Made by a program: the position numbers and the translations under genes
Notes under the pieces: generated by a model
The model's database searches: none
The model's input: the letters and a program-made list of their open reading frames with translations, nothing else
What the model was told of the DNA's origin: nothing
Part shown: in pieces, positions 62,922 through 64,000 of the stretch
How the letters are laid out: each line of letters starts with the position of its first letter
Numbering within the stretch: the first letter of the stretch is position 1
Assembly: GCA_965287045.1 (NCBI GenBank)
Contig: OZ336882.1
Coordinates: 40,300,001 to 40,364,000 of the forward strand
Reading direction: 5' to 3'
DNA from: Carcharhinus amblyrhynchos
Lineage: Eukaryota
DNA length: 64,000 nt

Positions 62922-64000
62922 GTAAGTGCATTGTCACTGCTAACATGCAATGACATAACAACAATATATGTCAAACAGACAACTGAATGAAATCGTTAGC
63001 ATCCACGTTCATATAGGTGCTGAAGACCCTGCTATATCATCTGAAGAGAAAGTTGAATGGATGGGCTTAGGAAGGCTATTTAAAATTATGGACAGGGTGG
63101 CTGAAGCTTTTTCCACTGATGGTGAAGAGAAAGTGAAATGCACCTGAAACCACAGTCAGAATATCAAAGAGGATTTAAATCTGGGGAACATGTTGCTGAG
63201 ATACAGTAGAAGAAGGCCATGGACGGAATGGAATTTTAAAATGGGAATTTGTGGATGTTGATTGTTTTGCTGAAGTAAGTGGACAAACTAAGGGGTAGTA
63301 AGTTCTGGATGAATTGGAATTGTATGGGGTGGAGACTGGTGCAGCTGAGATTGAGGTTCAGGGGTATAAACCAGCAGCCACAGTAATTGTTACAATTTAA
63401 TTTTATTCAACCACCTTTTTTATCAAAAGCTTTTATGTTGACAATAATGAGGAACACTAAATCTTTTGATGCATCGATTAAGACTCTAAGCTATGTCATG
63501 TGTCTGAATAATCATTGTAATGCATTTATGTCAGCAATCATAATTTTGTAGAAATCTAAACAAAATAGAATTGCTTATGGAGAATTTTCCATTGAGTATT
63601 AAAAAGTAACTTTCTGGAGTTCTAACTAGAATGTAATTTGGGAGATGTTTATTTTTATGAAGGATTATTCCACTTTAGAGCTTGAGAAACTGACAAGGAT
63701 ACAATTGCAGTTTCCTTTAATTGAGAAATCGGTGTGAGGTGTGCAAATGTTTGTAATTGGCTATGTATGATTTGCACTACTAGCTAGATTTCATGACCTA
63801 TAAACTTGGCTTGTACTCTGGTCTAAACTCTTCCCAATTGCAAGAGACAACCTTAGTTGACTTTCATCAAACTGAAGTAAATAGGTTGCATTTTTTTAAT
63901 ATTCTTTTATGAGATGTTGACATCACTCCCAAATTGCCTTTGAACTGAGTGGCAAGCTCAGAAGGCAATTAAGAGTCAATCACATTGCAGTGATTTTGGA

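Larger units (their letters stand above)
1..64000 (+). other. PDLIM7: Internal part of PDLIM7 (Enigma) transcription unit; window is almost all intron
   Basis: Phase-compatible GT-AG exons splice into ITPGGKAD...HLEAQNKIK...LNKTARPFG...NG...VPNDASKKRLIEDTEDWQPKTGTTQSRSFRILAQLTGTDF. LNKTARPFG, VP(N)DASK, TGT(D/E)F-(M) and the 17-nt microexon favour PDLIM7 over PDLIM5/LDB3 (from recalled vertebrate sequences). That the gene spans both window edges is inferred. Confidence 0.85.

Noticed and set aside
1217-62974. The many 60-140 aa ORFs in the supplied track
   Set aside because: No recognisable domains; most overlap SINE/LINE remnants or are antisense to real exons (e.g. 62762..62974). Only 44220..45335 (CR1 RT) and part of 53378..53770 (exon) are meaningful.

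Overview
Eukaryotic, AT-rich, repeat-dense DNA from a cartilaginous fish (shark-type SINE/LINE repertoire; species not determinable). The window lies within one + strand gene, PDLIM7 (Enigma; PDZ-LIM family). Four phase-compatible coding exons can be read: 22854-23005 (PDZ second half), 46211-46244, 53396-53664 and 62770-62921. A 17-nt microexon (56082-56098) is frame-wise mutually exclusive with the 269-nt exon. The first coding exon and the LIM exons were not found and presumably lie outside the window. Introns contain CR1, L2, RTE and Rex1/Babar LINE fragments (one young CR1 with an open 371-aa RT ORF), many tRNA-derived SINEs, MITE-like palindromes, and four Penelope-derived mini-insertions flanked by direct repeats and carrying minimal hammerhead-ribozyme motifs (three are hairpins). 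Main leads are the hammerhead/hairpin mini-retroelements, an inverted SINE+flank duplication bracketing the PDZ exon, the microexon switch with RBFOX/QKI motifs, and a candidate internal first exon giving a PDZ-less isoform. Almost all ORFs in the supplied track are non-coding noise. Repeat boundaries are approximate, and family names come from recalled motifs, not database searches.
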